NCBI GenBank assembly: GCA_009914755.4
Contig: CP086569.2
Location: forward strand, 11,232,001 to 11,296,000
Origin: the human T2T-CHM13v2.0 reference genome, Homo sapiens
DNA length: 64,000 bases
Direction: 5' to 3'
This document shows, one piece after another, positions 13,501 through 28,500 of the stretch. The notes below the pieces were generated by a model that saw only the letters and a program-made list of their open reading frames with translations, searched no databases and had not been told where the DNA came from. A program made the position numbers and the translations under genes. How positions within the stretch are numbered: position 1 is the stretch's first letter; every line of letters starts with the position of its first letter.

Positions 13501-16500
13501 CCCATTCCATTCGACTCCATTCCACTTCACTCCACTCCACTCCACTCCAGGCCATTGCATACACTCCATTCCATTTCAATCCATTGCCTTCCATTGCTTT
13601 AATTCGACAGGATATCACTGTGTCAGGAAGGAGTGCAGTGGCACAATCACAGCTCACATTACATGTCAACTTTCCATTGCATTGCTTTCTATTCCATTGC
13701 ATTAAATTGCATTCCATTCCACTTCATTCCATTCCTTTCAATTCCATTCCTTTCCACTCCATTCCGCTCCACTCCCCTCCACTCCACTACATTCCATTAC
13801 AACCATTTCCATTACATTCCATTCCACTCCTCTCCACTCCACTGCTCTCCACTCCACTCCATTCCACTCCATCTCATTGCATTCCGCTCCATTCCAGTGC
13901 ACTCCACTCCATCCCACTCCACTCCACCTCATTCCATTCCATCCCATAACATTCCTCTCCATTCCACTCCACTCCACTTCACTCCACTCCACTCCATTCC
14001 ACTCCATTCCATTCCCTTCCTCTGCATTCCCTTCAATTCCTTTCTTTCAAGAGTATCTCACTCTTTCAATCAGGCTGGAGGCCAGTTGCACAATCTCAGC
14101 TTACATTTCATTGCACCATTCCATTTCATTTCATTCCATTCCATTCCATTCCATTCCACTCCACTCCACTCCATTCCACTCCAATCCTCTCCACTCCACT
14201 CCATTCCATTCCTCTCCACTCCAGTCCAGTGCACTACACTCCATTCCCCTCCACTCCACTCAATAGCACTACACTGCATTGCTCTCCACTACACTTCGCC
14301 CCATTCCATTCCACTCCACTCCACTATTGTCCACTCGATTCCATTCCACTCCACTCCATTCCACTCCATTCCACTCTACTCCATTCCACCCTACTCCACT
14401 CCATTCCATTCCATTCCATTCCACTCCATTGCATTGCATTACTTTCTTTCCACGGGATCTCACTCTGTCATAAAGTCTGGATTGCAGTGGCACAATATCA
14501 GCTCACATTTCTTTTCACCATTCCATTCCATTACATTCTATCCCATTCCATTCCACTCTATTTCACTCCACACCACTCGACTCCATTCCATTCCACTCCA
14601 TCCCATTCCTTTCGACTCCATTCTACTTCACTCCACTCCACTCCACTCCACTCCATTCCATTCTATACATTCCATTCCATTTCAGTCCATTGCATTTCAT
14701 TGCTTTCTTTCGACAGGATGTCACTCTGTCACTTAGGAATGAGTGCTGTAGTACAATCGCAGCTCACATTACATGTCAACTTTCCATTGCATTGCCTTCC
14801 ATTCCATTGTTTTCCATTGCATTCCATTCCATTCCTTTCCACTTCATTCCTTTCCATTCCATTCAATTCCATTCTTTCCAATCCGCTGCACTCTACTTCA
14901 CTGCACTCCACTACATTCCATTACACCCTTTTCCGTTACACTCCATTCCAATCCTCTCCACTCCACTTCTCTCCACTCCACTCCATTCCACTCCATTCCA
15001 TTCCATTCCTCTCCATTCCACTGCAGTCCACTCAACCCCACTCCACTCCACCTCATTCCATTCCATCCCATAACATTCCTCTCCATTCCACTCCACTCCA
15101 CTCCAGTCCACCCCACTCCACTCCATCTCATTCCATTCCATCACATAACGTTCCTCTCCATTCCCCTCAACTCCACTCCACTCCACTCCAGTCCACTCCA
15201 TTCCATTCCATTGCATTCCATTCCATTCCACTGCATTCCATTCCATTCCTTTCTTTTGAGAGTGTCTCACTCTTTCAAGCAGCCTGGAGGGCAGTGGCAC
15301 AATCTCAGCTCACATTTCATTGGACAATACCATCCATTTCATTCCATTCCATTCTATTCCACTCCACTCCACTCCAATCAATTCCACTCCACTCTACTCC
15401 ACTCCATTCCAGTCCACTCCACTCCTTTCCATTCCATCCCGTTCCATTCCACTCCTTTCCACTCCACTCCACTGCACTCCATTTCATTTCATTCCATTCC
15501 TCTCCATTCCATTCCATTCCTTTCTTTTGACAGGATCTCTCTTTGTCACCAAGACTGGTGTACAGTTGAACAATCTCAGCTCACATCTCAATTCACCATT
15601 CCCTTCCATTCCATTATACTGCACTCCACGCCACTCCACTCAATTTCACTCCACGGCACTCCAATCCATTCCATTCCATTCCAATCCCTTTCTTTCCACT
15701 TTTTTCTTTTGACAGTATCTCCCTCTGTCACACTGGCTGCAGCATAGTGGCACTATCTCAGCACACATTTCTTTTCACCATTCCATTCCGTCCAATTTCA
15801 TCCCACTCTTTTCCACTCCACTCTACTCCACTACATTCCACTCCACTCCCTTCTACTCCACTCCACTCCATTCCACTCCACTCCATTCCATTCCACTGCA
15901 TTCCCCTCCACTCCCCTCCATTTCACTCCTTTCCAATCCACTCCACTCCACTCCAGGCCATTCCACTCCACTCCACTCCACTCCACTCCATTCCACTCCA
16001 CTCCATTCCACTGCACACCACTCCACTCCACTCCATTCTATTCCACTCCACTCCATTCCATTCCTTTCTTTCCACAGGATCTCACTCTGTCACAAACGCT
16101 GGAGTACAATGGCACAATCTCAGCTCACATTTCTTTTCACCATTCTATTGCATTCCTTTCCATCCCATTCCATTCCACTCTATTTCACTCCATTCCACTC
16201 CATTGCATTCCGCTCCATCCCTTTCCATTCGACTCCCTTCCTCTACCCTCCACTCCACTCCATTGCATTCCATTCGATTCCATTCCATTTCACTTCATTG
16301 CATTCCATTCCTTTCTTTCAACAGGCTATCACTGTGTCACCCAGGCTGGAGTGCACTGGTGCAATCTCAGCTCACATTACATGTCATCTTTCTAATGCAT
16401 TGCATTCTATTCCATTGCATTCCACCGCATTCATTTCCATTCCATTCAAATCCATTCCATTCCAGTCCATTCCACTCAACTCAAATCCACTCCGCTACAT

Positions 16501-19500
16501 TCCATTACATCTGATTCCTTTCCTCTCCATTACACTCCTCTCCACTTCCCTGCACTCCACTCCACACCATTCCATTCCATTCCATTCCACTCTATTCAAT
16601 GGCAATCCACTTCACCCCACTCCACTCTACTTTATTCTATTCCATTCCGTCCCATTCTATTCCTCTCCATTCCACTCCTCTGCACTTCACCCCTCTCCAC
16701 TCTTCTCCAGCACATTCCATTCCATTCCATCCCATGACATTCCATTCTATTCCTTTCTTTCCAGAGTATCTCACTCTGTCAACCAGCCTGGAGCGCTGCC
16801 GCACAATCTCAGCTCACATTTCATTTCAACATTCCATTCTATTCCATTCCACTCCTCTCCAATCCACTCCACTCCACTTCACTCCATTCGATCCCATTCC
16901 ATTCCTCTCCATTCCACTCCAGTCCACTTCACTCCACTCCAATAAAGTCCACTCCATTTCATTCCATACCATTCCATTCCACTGCACTCCATTCCACTCC
17001 ACTCAATTCCTCTCCACTCCACTCCACTCCACTCCAGTCCATTCCAATCCATTCCAATCCCTTCCATTCCACTCCTTTCTTTCGACAGAATCTCCGTCTG
17101 TCACACAGGCTGTAGCATAGTGGCACAATCTCAGCACAAATTTATTTACACCATTCCTTTGCATTCCATTGCACTCCATTCTGTTCTGTTCCATTCCGTT
17201 CAATTTCGTTCCACTCCACGCCACTCCACTCCACTCCATTCCACTCCACTACATTCCACTCCACTCCATTCCACTCCACTCCACTCAACTCCATTCCACT
17301 CAACTCCACTTAACTCCACTCCATTCCATTCCACTTCACTCCATTCCAACCCACTCCACTCCACTTTACTCTACTCCTTTCCTCTCCACTGCATTCCACT
17401 CCACTGCACTCCACTCCACTGCATTCCAATCCACTCCACTCCAATCCATTCCACTACAATCCACTCCACTCCACTCTAATGCACTCCATTCCACTCCACT
17501 TCACTTCACTCCATTCCAGTCCACTCCACTTCTTTCCCTTCCATTGCAATCCATTCCACACCTTTCCACTCCATACCACTCCACTTCACTCCATTCCATT
17601 CCATTACACTCCATTCCATTCCATTCCTTTCTTCTCACAGGACCTCACTCTGTCACCCAAGCGGGTGTGCAGTGACACAATCTCAGCTCACATTTCATTT
17701 CACCATTACATTCAATTCCATTCCACTGCACTCCACTCCATTCCATTCATTTCCACTCCATTCCACTCCCATCCATTCCATTCCTATCCCTTCCATTCCA
17801 CTCCTTTCTTTTGACAGCATCTCCCACTGTCCCACAGGCTGTTGAGTAGTGGTACAATCTCTGCACACATTTCTTTTCACCATTCCATTCCATTCCATTC
17901 CATTCTGTTCCCTTCTGTTCCATTTTGTTCCACTCGGTTCCACTCTACTCCACTCCACTCCACTCCATTCCATTCCACGCCATTCCACTCCACTCTACTT
18001 CACTCCATTTCACTCTACTCTATTTCACTCCACTCCACTCCAGTCCGTTCCACTCCACTCTATTACGCTCCATTCCACTCCACTCCAGTCCACTCCACAC
18101 CATTCCACTCCACTCCACTCCATTCCATGCCATTCCACTCCACTCCATTCCACTCCACTCCACTGAACTCCACTTCACTCCATTCCATTCCATTCCACTC
18201 CATTCCATTCCATTACTTTCTTTCCACAGCATCTCACTCTGTCATAAATGCTGGAGTGCAGTGGTACAATCTCATCTCATTTCTTTTCACCATTCCATTG
18301 CATTCCATTCCATCCAATTCTATTCCACTCTATTTCACTCCACTCCACTCCATTAGACTCCATTCCATTCCACTCCATCCCATTCCATTCAACTCCATTC
18401 CACTCCTCTCCACTCTGCTGCTCTTGACTCCACGCCGTTCCACTCCATCCCATTCCATTCCGTTCCATTCCACTGCACTCCACTCCACCCCACTCCACTC
18501 CACCTCTTTGCATTCCATCCCATAACATTCCTCTCCATTCCACTCCACTCCACTTAACTCCTCTCCACTCCAGTCCACTCCATTCCATTCCATTCCATTC
18601 TATTCCATTCCATTCCATTCCACTCCATTGCATTCCATTCCATTTTTTTCTTCCGAGAGTATCTCACTCTTTCATCCAGACTGGAGGGCAGTGGCACAAT
18701 CTCAGCTCACATTTCATTGCATCATTCCTTTCCATTTCATTCCATTCCATTCTATTCCATTTCATTCCACTCCACTGCACTCCATTTCATTCCACTCCAC
18801 TCCACTCCACTCCACTACACTGCATTCCCCTCCACTCCACTCAACTGCGCTCCATTCCACTCCATTCCACTCCATTCCACTCCACTCCATTCCACTCCAC
18901 TCCATTCCACTCCACTCCATTCCATTCCACTCCATTCCACTCCAGTCCACTCCACTCCATTCCACTCCACTCCAATCCAGTCTATTCCTCTCTATTCCAT
19001 TCCACTCCACTCCACAGCACTCCACTCCACTCCGCTGCACTCCACTCCACTCCATTCCATTCCATTCCACTCCATTCCATTACTTTCTTTCCACAGGATC
19101 TCACTCTGTCATAAAAGCTGTATTGCAGTGGCACAATATCAGCTCACGTTTCTTTTCACCATTCCTTTCCATTCCATTCCATCCCTTTACATTCCACTCT
19201 ATTTCACTCCACTCCACTCGACTCCATTCCATTCCACTTCATCACATTCCATTCGACTGCATTACACTTCACTCCACTGCACTCCACTCCACTCCATTCC
19301 ATTCCATTTCAATCCATTGCATTCCATTGCTTTCTTTCAACAGAATATCACTCTGTCACTCAGGAAGGAGTGCAGTGGCACAATCGTAGCTCACATTACA
19401 TTTCAACTTTCCATTTCATTGCTTTCTATTCCATTGCATTCCATTCCGTTCCATTCCACTCCATTCCATTTCATTCAATTCCATTCCTTTCCCCTCCGTT

Positions 19501-22500
19501 CCACTCCACTCCAATCCACTGGACCACTTCCGATTACATCTTTTTCCATTACACTCAATTCCACTCCTCTCCACTCCACTGCTCTCCACTCCACTCCATT
19601 CCACTCCATTCCATTCCATTCCTCTCCATTCCACTACACTCCACTCTACCCCACTCCACTCCATCTCATTCCATTCCATCCAATAACATTCCTCTCCATT
19701 CCACTCCACTCCACTTCACTTCACTCCACTCCACTCCAGTCCACTCTGTTCCATTCCATTGTATTCCTTTCCATTCCTTTCTACTGCATTCCATTCTATT
19801 ACTTTCTTTCGAGAGTGTCTCACTCTTTCAACCAACCTGGATGGCAGTAACACAATCTCAACTCACATTTCGTTGCACCATTCCATCCAGTCGATTCCAT
19901 TCCATTCCATTTCACTCCACTCCACTCCGCTCCACTCCAAATAATTCCACTCCACTCCACTCCACTCCATTCCAGTCAACTCCACTCCTTTCCATTCCAT
20001 CCCATTACATTCCACTCCTTTCCACTCAACTCCACTCCATCCAATCCATTCCATTCCATTCCACTCCATTCCATTCCATTCCACTCCATTCCATTCCATT
20101 CCTTTCTTTTGACAGGATCTCCCTCTGTCACCCAGGCTGTTGTACAGTGGAACAATCTCAGCTCACATTTCATTTCACCATTCCATTCCATGCTATTACA
20201 CGGCACTCCACTCCACTCAATTCCACTCAACCCCACTACAATCCATTCCATTCCACTCCATTCCAATCCCTTCCATTCCACTCCTTTCTTTCGACAGTAT
20301 CTCCCTCTGTCACACAGGCTGTAGCATAGTGGCACTATCTTAGCACACATTTCTTTTCACCATTCCATTCCATTCAATTCCGTTCTGTTCCATTCCGTCC
20401 CTTTCTGTTCCACTCTTTTCCACTACACTGGACTCCACTCCTTTGCACTCCACTCCATGCCACTGCACTCCACTCCATGCCACTGCACTCCACTGCATTC
20501 ATTTCCACTGCTTTCCACTCCAATCCACTCCATTACACTCCACTCCATTCCACTCCACTACCCTCCATTCCACTCCATTCCATTCCACTCCACTCTGCTC
20601 CACTTCAGTCCACTCCACTCCTCTCCACTGCATTCCATTCCACTCCACTCCACTCCACTCCATTCCACTCAACTCTATTCCACTCAACTCCACTCCACTC
20701 TACTCCATTGCATTCCACTCCATTCCATTCCATTCTTTCCTTTCCACAGGATCTCACTCTGTCACAAATGCTGGAATGTGGTGGCACAATCTCAGCTCAA
20801 ATTTCTTTTCACTCTTCTATTACATTCCTTTCCATCCCATTCCATTCCACTCTATTTCACTCCATTCCACTCCCCTCCACTCCACTCTACTCCTCTCCAT
20901 TCCATTGCACTCCATTCGATTCCATTCCATCTCACTCAGTTGCATTCCATTCCTTTCTTTCAAAAGGCTATCACTGCGTCACCCAGGCTGGAATGCAGTG
21001 GCACAATCTCAGCTCACATTACATGTCAACTTCCCATTGTATTGTATTCTATTCCATTTTATTCCACTGCATTCCATTCCATTCCATTCCACTCCACTCC
21101 ATTCTACTCCACTCCACTCCAGTACATTCCATTACATCCAATTCCGTTCCACTCCTCTACACTCCACTGCACTCCACTCCACTCCATTCCATTCCATCCC
21201 ATTCCATTCTGCTCCATTCAACTACACTCCACTCCACCCCACTCCACTCCTCTTCATTCCATTCCATTCAGTCCCATTCCATTCCTCTCCATTCCACTCC
21301 ACTCCACTTCACCCCACTCCACTCCTCTCCAGTCCATTCCATTCCATTCCATTCCACAGCATTCCATTCCATTCCTTTCTTTTGAGTTTCTAACTCTGTC
21401 AACCATCCTGGAGCACTGTTGCACAATCTCAGCTCACATTTCATTTCACCATTCCATTCCATTCCATTCCATTCCATTCCATTCCATTCCATTCCATTCC
21501 ATTCCGTTCCGTTCCGTTCCACTCTGTTCCAATCCACTCCCCTCCACTCCACTACATTCCATTACACACGATTCCATTCCACTCCATTCCACTCCTTTTC
21601 ACTCCACTGCACTCCACTCCACTCCATTCCCTTCGATCCCATTCAATTCCACTCCATTCCACTGCACTCCCTTCCACCCCACTCCACTCCACTTCAATCC
21701 AATCCATTTCAACCCATTCCATTCCTCTCCATTTCACTCCACTTCACTTCATGAATTCCACTGCACTTATGTACACTCCATTCCATTCCATTCCACTGCA
21801 TTCCATTCTATTCCTTTTCCTCGATTTTATCTCACTCTGTCACCCAGACTGGAGTGCAGTGGCACAATCTCACGTCCCATTTCATTTCACAATTCCATTC
21901 CATTGCATTGCATTCCATTCCATTCCATTTTACTCCAATACACTCCAATCCACTCCACTCCACTCCATTCCACTGCATTCCAGTCCACTCCATTTCTTTC
22001 CATTCCATCTCATTCCAATCCAATCCTTTCCACTCCACTCCACTCCATTCCACTCCATTCCATTCGATTACACTCCATTCCATTCCATTCTTTTGACAGG
22101 ATCTCACTCTGTCACCCAGGCTGGTGTGCAGTGGCAGAATCTCTGCTCACATTTCTTTTCACTATTCCATTCCATTCCACTCCATTCCATTCCACGGCAC
22201 TTCAGTCCACTATAATCAATTTTTCTCCACTCCACTCCAGTCCAAACCATTCCATTCCATTTCAATCCATTCCAATCCATTCCGCTCCACTCCGCCCCAC
22301 TCCACTCCACTCCACTCCATTCAACTAAGCTCCTCTCCACTTCCACAGCACAATCTCCAATCTCAGCTCTCATTTCATTTCACTATTCCATTCCATTCCA
22401 TTCCATGGCATTTCACTCCACTATAATCAGTTTTACTCCACTCCACTCCAAAACATTCCATTCCAATCCATTCCATTCCACTCCACTCCACTCCATTCAA

Positions 22501-25500
22501 CTATGCTCCTCTCCATTCCACGGCACTTCACTCCACTATAATCAATTTTACTCCACTCCACTCCAAACCATTCCACTCCACTCCACTCCACTTCATTCGT
22601 CTCCACTCCACTCCACTCCATTTCACTCTATTCCCCTCCACTCCACTGCTCTCCACTCCATTCCATTCCTTTCTTTCCACAGTATCCCATTCTATCAAAA
22701 AGGCTGGAGTTCAGTGGTACAATCTCAGCTCACATTTATTTTCACCATTCAATTTCTTTCCATTCCATCCCATTCCATTCCACTCTATTTCACTCCACTC
22801 CACTAAACTCCATTCCATTCCTCTCCATCCCTTTCCATTCGACTCCACTCCACTCCATTCCACTCAATTCCATTACCTTCAATTCGAATTCACACCATTG
22901 CATTCCATTGCTTTCTTTCGACGGGATATCACGGTGTCACCCAGGCTTGTGTGCAGTGGTACAATCTCAGCTCACAATACATGTCAGCTTTCCATTGTAT
23001 TGCATTCTATTCCATTGCATTCCATTCCATTCCATTCCATTCCATTCCATTCCATTCCATTCCATTCCATTCCTGTGCATTCCATTCCTGTGCATTCCAT
23101 TCCATTCCTTCTCATTCAGTTCCATTCCTTTCCACTCTGTTCCACTCCACTCCACTCCACTACATTCCATTACATGCAATTTCATTCCACTCCATTCCAC
23201 TCCTCTCCACTCCAAAGCACTCCACTCCACTCTATTCCACTACATCCATTCCATTCCACTCCATTCCACTGCAATCTACTCCACCCCACTCCACTCCACT
23301 TCATTCCATTTCATCCCCTTCCATTGAATTCCCTTTCGTTCCACTGCTTTCTTTCGACAGGATCTCTCTGTCACACAGGCTGTAGCATAGTGCCACGATC
23401 TCAACACACATTTCTTTTCACCATTCCATTCCATTCCATTCCATGCCATTCCATTAAATTCCACTCCACTACACTCAACTCCACTACACTCCACTCCACT
23501 CCTCTCCACTCAATACCTTTCCCCTCCATTCAACTCTACTCATTCCACTCCAATCCACTCCATTCCATTCCACTCCACTCCATGCCACTCCACTCCACTC
23601 AACTACACTCCATTGCATTCCACTCCACTCAACTCCATTCCACTCCACTCAACTCCATTTCACTGCACTCCATTGCTATCCACTCCACTCCACTCCAATC
23701 TACTCCATTCCATTCCACTCTGCTCCATTCCACTCCATTCCAATCCATTCCACTCCACTCCATTCCAATCCATTCCATTCCATTCCACTCCACTCCATTC
23801 CACTCCATTCCATTCTGCTCCACTCACCTCCACTAAACTCCTCTCCATTCCATTCCACTCGATTCCATTCCATTCCTTTCTTTCCAGAGGATCTCTCTCT
23901 GTCACAATGGCTCGAGTGCAGTGGCACAATCTCAGCTCACATTTATTTTCACCATTCCATTGCATTCCATTCCATCCCATTCCATTACACTCCACTCCAC
24001 TCCATTCCATTCCATTCTATTACATTCCATTTCACTACATTGAATTTCTTTTCTTTCTTTCAACGTGATATAACTGTGTCACCCAGGCTGCTGTGCGGTG
24101 GCACAATCTCCACTCACATTACATGTCAACTTTCCATTACATTGCATTCTTTCCATTGCATTCCATTGCATTCCTTTCCATTCCATTCCACTCTGTTCCA
24201 CTCCACTCAACTCCACTCCACTGCTTTCCATTATATATGATTGCATTACACTCTACTCCACTCCTCTCTACTCCACTGCACTTCACTCCAATCCATTAAT
24301 TCCAACCCAATCCCTTCCTCTGCAGTCTCCTCACTCCACTCCACTTAATTCCTTTCCATTCCATCCTATTCCATTCTGCTCAATTCCACTCCACTCCACA
24401 TCACTCCACTCCACTCCATTCCAATCCACTCCATTCCATCCAACTACATTCCAATCCATTCCTTTCTTTCGAGAGTATCTCACTCTGTCACACAGCCTGG
24501 AGCGCAATGGCACAATCTCAGCTCACATTTCATTTCACCATTCCATTCTATTCAAATCGATTTCATTCCATTCCATTCCGCTCCACTCCACTCCACTCCA
24601 TTCCAATCCATTCCATTCAACTCCACTCCATTCCATTCCAGTCCACTCCTCTCCTTTCTATTCCATCCCATTCCATTCCACTCCTTTCCACTCCACTCCA
24701 CTCCAGTCCATTGCATTCCATTCCACTCCATTCCATTCCATGACTTTCTTTTGACAGGATCTCACTCTGTAACCCAGGCTGGTGTGCAGTGGCACAATCT
24801 CAGCTCACATTTCATTTCACCATTCCATTGCACTTCATTCCATACCACTGAAATCCACTGCAATCCGCCAATTTCACTCCACTCCACTCCAATCCATTCC
24901 ATTCCATTATACTCTAATCCCTTCTATTACATTCCCCTCTTTTGACAGGGTCTCCCTCTGTCACACAGGCTGTAGCGTATTCGCCAAATCTCAGTAAATA
25001 TTTCTTTTCAGCATTGCATTCCAGTCTTTTCTTTTGCATTCTGTTCCATTCCATTCCATTCCGTTCCACAACACTTCACTGCACTCCACTCCTTTCCTTT
25101 CCACTCCACGCCATCCCACTGAACTCCACTCCACTCCACTTCACTCCACTCCATTCCATTCCAATCCATTCCAATCCACTCCACACCACTTCATTCCACT
25201 CCACTCAACTCCACTCAATTCCACTCCACTGCATTCTGCTCCATTCCACTCCACTCCATTCCACTCCACTCCAGTCTACTTCATTCCACTCCACTCCACT
25301 CCATTCCACTCCGTTCCACTCCATTCCATTCCATTTCTTTCTTTTTGTAGGATCTCACTCTGTCGCAAAGCCTGCAGTGTAGTTGCACAAATTCAGCTCA
25401 TATTTCTTTTGACCATTCCATTGCATTCCATTCCATCCCATTCCATTACACTCTATTTCACTCTACTCGACTCCACTCCACTCCACTCCATTCCATTCCA

Positions 25501-28500
25501 CTCCATCCCATTCCTTTAGACTCCATTCCACTCCACTCCATTCCACTCTTCTCCAGTACACTCCAATCCCCTCTATTAAATTCCATTTCAGTCCATTTCA
25601 ATCCATTGATTCCATTCCTTTCTTTTGACAAGATATCACTGTGTCACCCAGGCTGGAGTGCAGTGGCACAATCTCAGCTCACATTACATGTCAACTTTCC
25701 ATTGCATTGCATTCTATTCAATTGCATTCCATGGCATTCCATTCGATTCCATTCCATTCTGTTTCATTCCTTTCTGTTCCATTCCATTCTGTTCCATTCC
25801 ATTCCATTAGATTCCACTCCATTCCACTCCATCCCACTCCACTCCACTTCATTCCATTCCATTCCAACCAATTCCATTCTTCTTCATTCCACTCCACTCC
25901 ACTCCATTCCACTATATTCCTTTCCACTCCACTCCATTCCACTCCACTCCTTTCCACTCCACTACACTCCACTCCATTCCACTCCATTCCACTCCACTCT
26001 TCTCCATTCCACTCCACTCCATTCACCTCCACTCCACTCCATTCCACTCCACTCAAATCCACTCCTCTCCACTCCACTCCACTTCACTCCACTCCACTCC
26101 ATTCCACTCCACTTCTCTCCATTCCACTCCAATCCACTCCACTCCACCCCACTCCATTCCATTCCATTCCACTCCATTCCATTCCTTTCTTTCCACAGGA
26201 TCTCACTCTGTGACAAAGGCTGGAGTGCAGTGGCACTATTTCAGCTCACTTTTATTTTTGCCATTGTATTGCATTCCACTGCATCCCATTCCATTCCATT
26301 CTATTTCACTCCACTCCACTCCCCTCCACTCCACTCCACTCCACACCCTTCCATTCCAACGCATAACATTCCATTCGACTCCATTTCACTCTACTCCACT
26401 CCGCTCCTATCATCTCCACTCCATTCCACTCTATTGCTTTCCATTCCATTCCATTTTATTTCACTCCACTGCATTCCATTCGTTTCTTTTGACAGGATAT
26501 CAGTGTGTCACCCAGTCTGGAGAGCAGTGGCACAATCTCAGCTCACATTACATGTCAACTTTCCTTTTTATTGCATTCTATTCAATTACATTCCATTGCG
26601 TTCCATGCCATTCAATTTTTATTCCATTCCATTAAATTCCATTCCATTCCACTCCGTTCCACACTACTCCACTACATTACATTACATCCGATTCCATTCC
26701 ACTCCATTCCACACCTATCCACTCCACTGCACTCCACGCCAATCCATTCGGCTCTATCCCATTCCATTCCGCTACATTCCACTGCACTCCACTCCACCCA
26801 ACTACATTCAACTTCATTCCATTCAATTCCATCCAATTCCAGTCTTCTCCATTACACTCCACCTCATTCCACACCTCTCCATTCCACTCCACTCGTTTCT
26901 ACTACACTCCATTCCAGTCCACACCATTCCACTCCACTCCACTCCACTCCATTCCACTCCACTCCACTACAATCTACTCCATTCCACTCCCCTCCATTCC
27001 ACTCCACTCCACTAAATTCCCCATTCCACTCCACTCCACTAAATTCCACCCTACTCCATGCCACTCCATTCCACTCCACTCCACTCCCTTCCACTCCACT
27101 CCACTCAATTGCACTCCACTACACTCCATTCCACTCTACTCCACTCCACTCCTCTCCATTACACTCCACTCCACTCCAATCCACTCCATTCCATTCCATT
27201 CCTTTCTTTCCACAGGATCTCCCTCTGTCACAAAGTCTGGAGTGCAAAGGCACAATCTGAGATCACATTTCTTTTCACTATTCTATTGCTTTCCATTCCA
27301 TCCCATTCCATTCCAGTCTATTTCACTCCACTCCACTGCACTTCACTCCATTCCATTCCACTCCATCACATTCCATTCTACTCCATTCAACTCCACTCCA
27401 CTCCACTCCATTCCACAACACTCCACTCTACTCCATTGCATTCCATTTCACTCCATTGCATTCCATTCCTTTCTTTCGACAGTATATCTCTGTGTCACCC
27501 AGGCTGCTGTGCAGTGGCACAATTCCAGCTCATATTACATGTCAACTTTCCATTACATTGCATTCTATTCCATTGCATTCGATTGCTTTCCTTTCCATTC
27601 CATTCCATTCCATTCCATTCCATTCCATTCCATTCCACTCCGTTCCACTGCACTCCACTCCACTAGATTTAATTACATCTGTCTCCATTCCACTGCATTC
27701 CACTCCTGTCTACTCCACCGCATTCCACTCCACTCCATTCCACTCCATCCCATTCCATTACGCTCCAATCCACTGCACTCCACCCTACCCCACTCCACTC
27801 CACTTCATTCCATTCCATTCCATCCCATTTCATTCCTCTCCATTCCAATCCACTCCACTCCACTCCACTCCTCTCGAGTCCATGCCATTCCATTCCATTC
27901 CACAGCATTCCCTTCCATTCCACAGCATTCCCTTCCATTCCTTTTTTTAGAGTATCTCACTCTGTCACCCAGCCTGAAGCGCAGTGGCATAATCTCAGCT
28001 CACATTTCATTTCACCATTCCATTCCATTCCATTCCTTTCTATTTCACTCCACTATACTCCACTCTTGTCCTCTCCAATTGATACCACTCCACTCCATTC
28101 CAGTCCACTCCACTCCTTTCCATTCCATCCCATTCCATTCCAATCCACTCCACTCAACTCCACTCCATTCCATTCCATTCCACTTCATTCCATTCCATTC
28201 CTTTCTTTTGACAGGATCTCACTCTTTTACCCAGAATGGTGTGCAGTGACTCAATCTCAGCTCACATTTCTTTTCACCATTCCATTCCACTCCATTGCAT
28301 TCCATTCCATTCCATTCCACTGCACTCCACTCCACACCACTCAATTCCACTCCACTCTACTCCAGTCCATTTCTTTCCATTACATTCCAATCCCTTCTAT
28401 TCCACTCATTTCTTTCGACAGGATCTCCCTCTGTCACACGGGCTGTAGCTTAGTGGTACAAACTCAGCACACATTCCTTTTCAACATTCTATTTCATTCC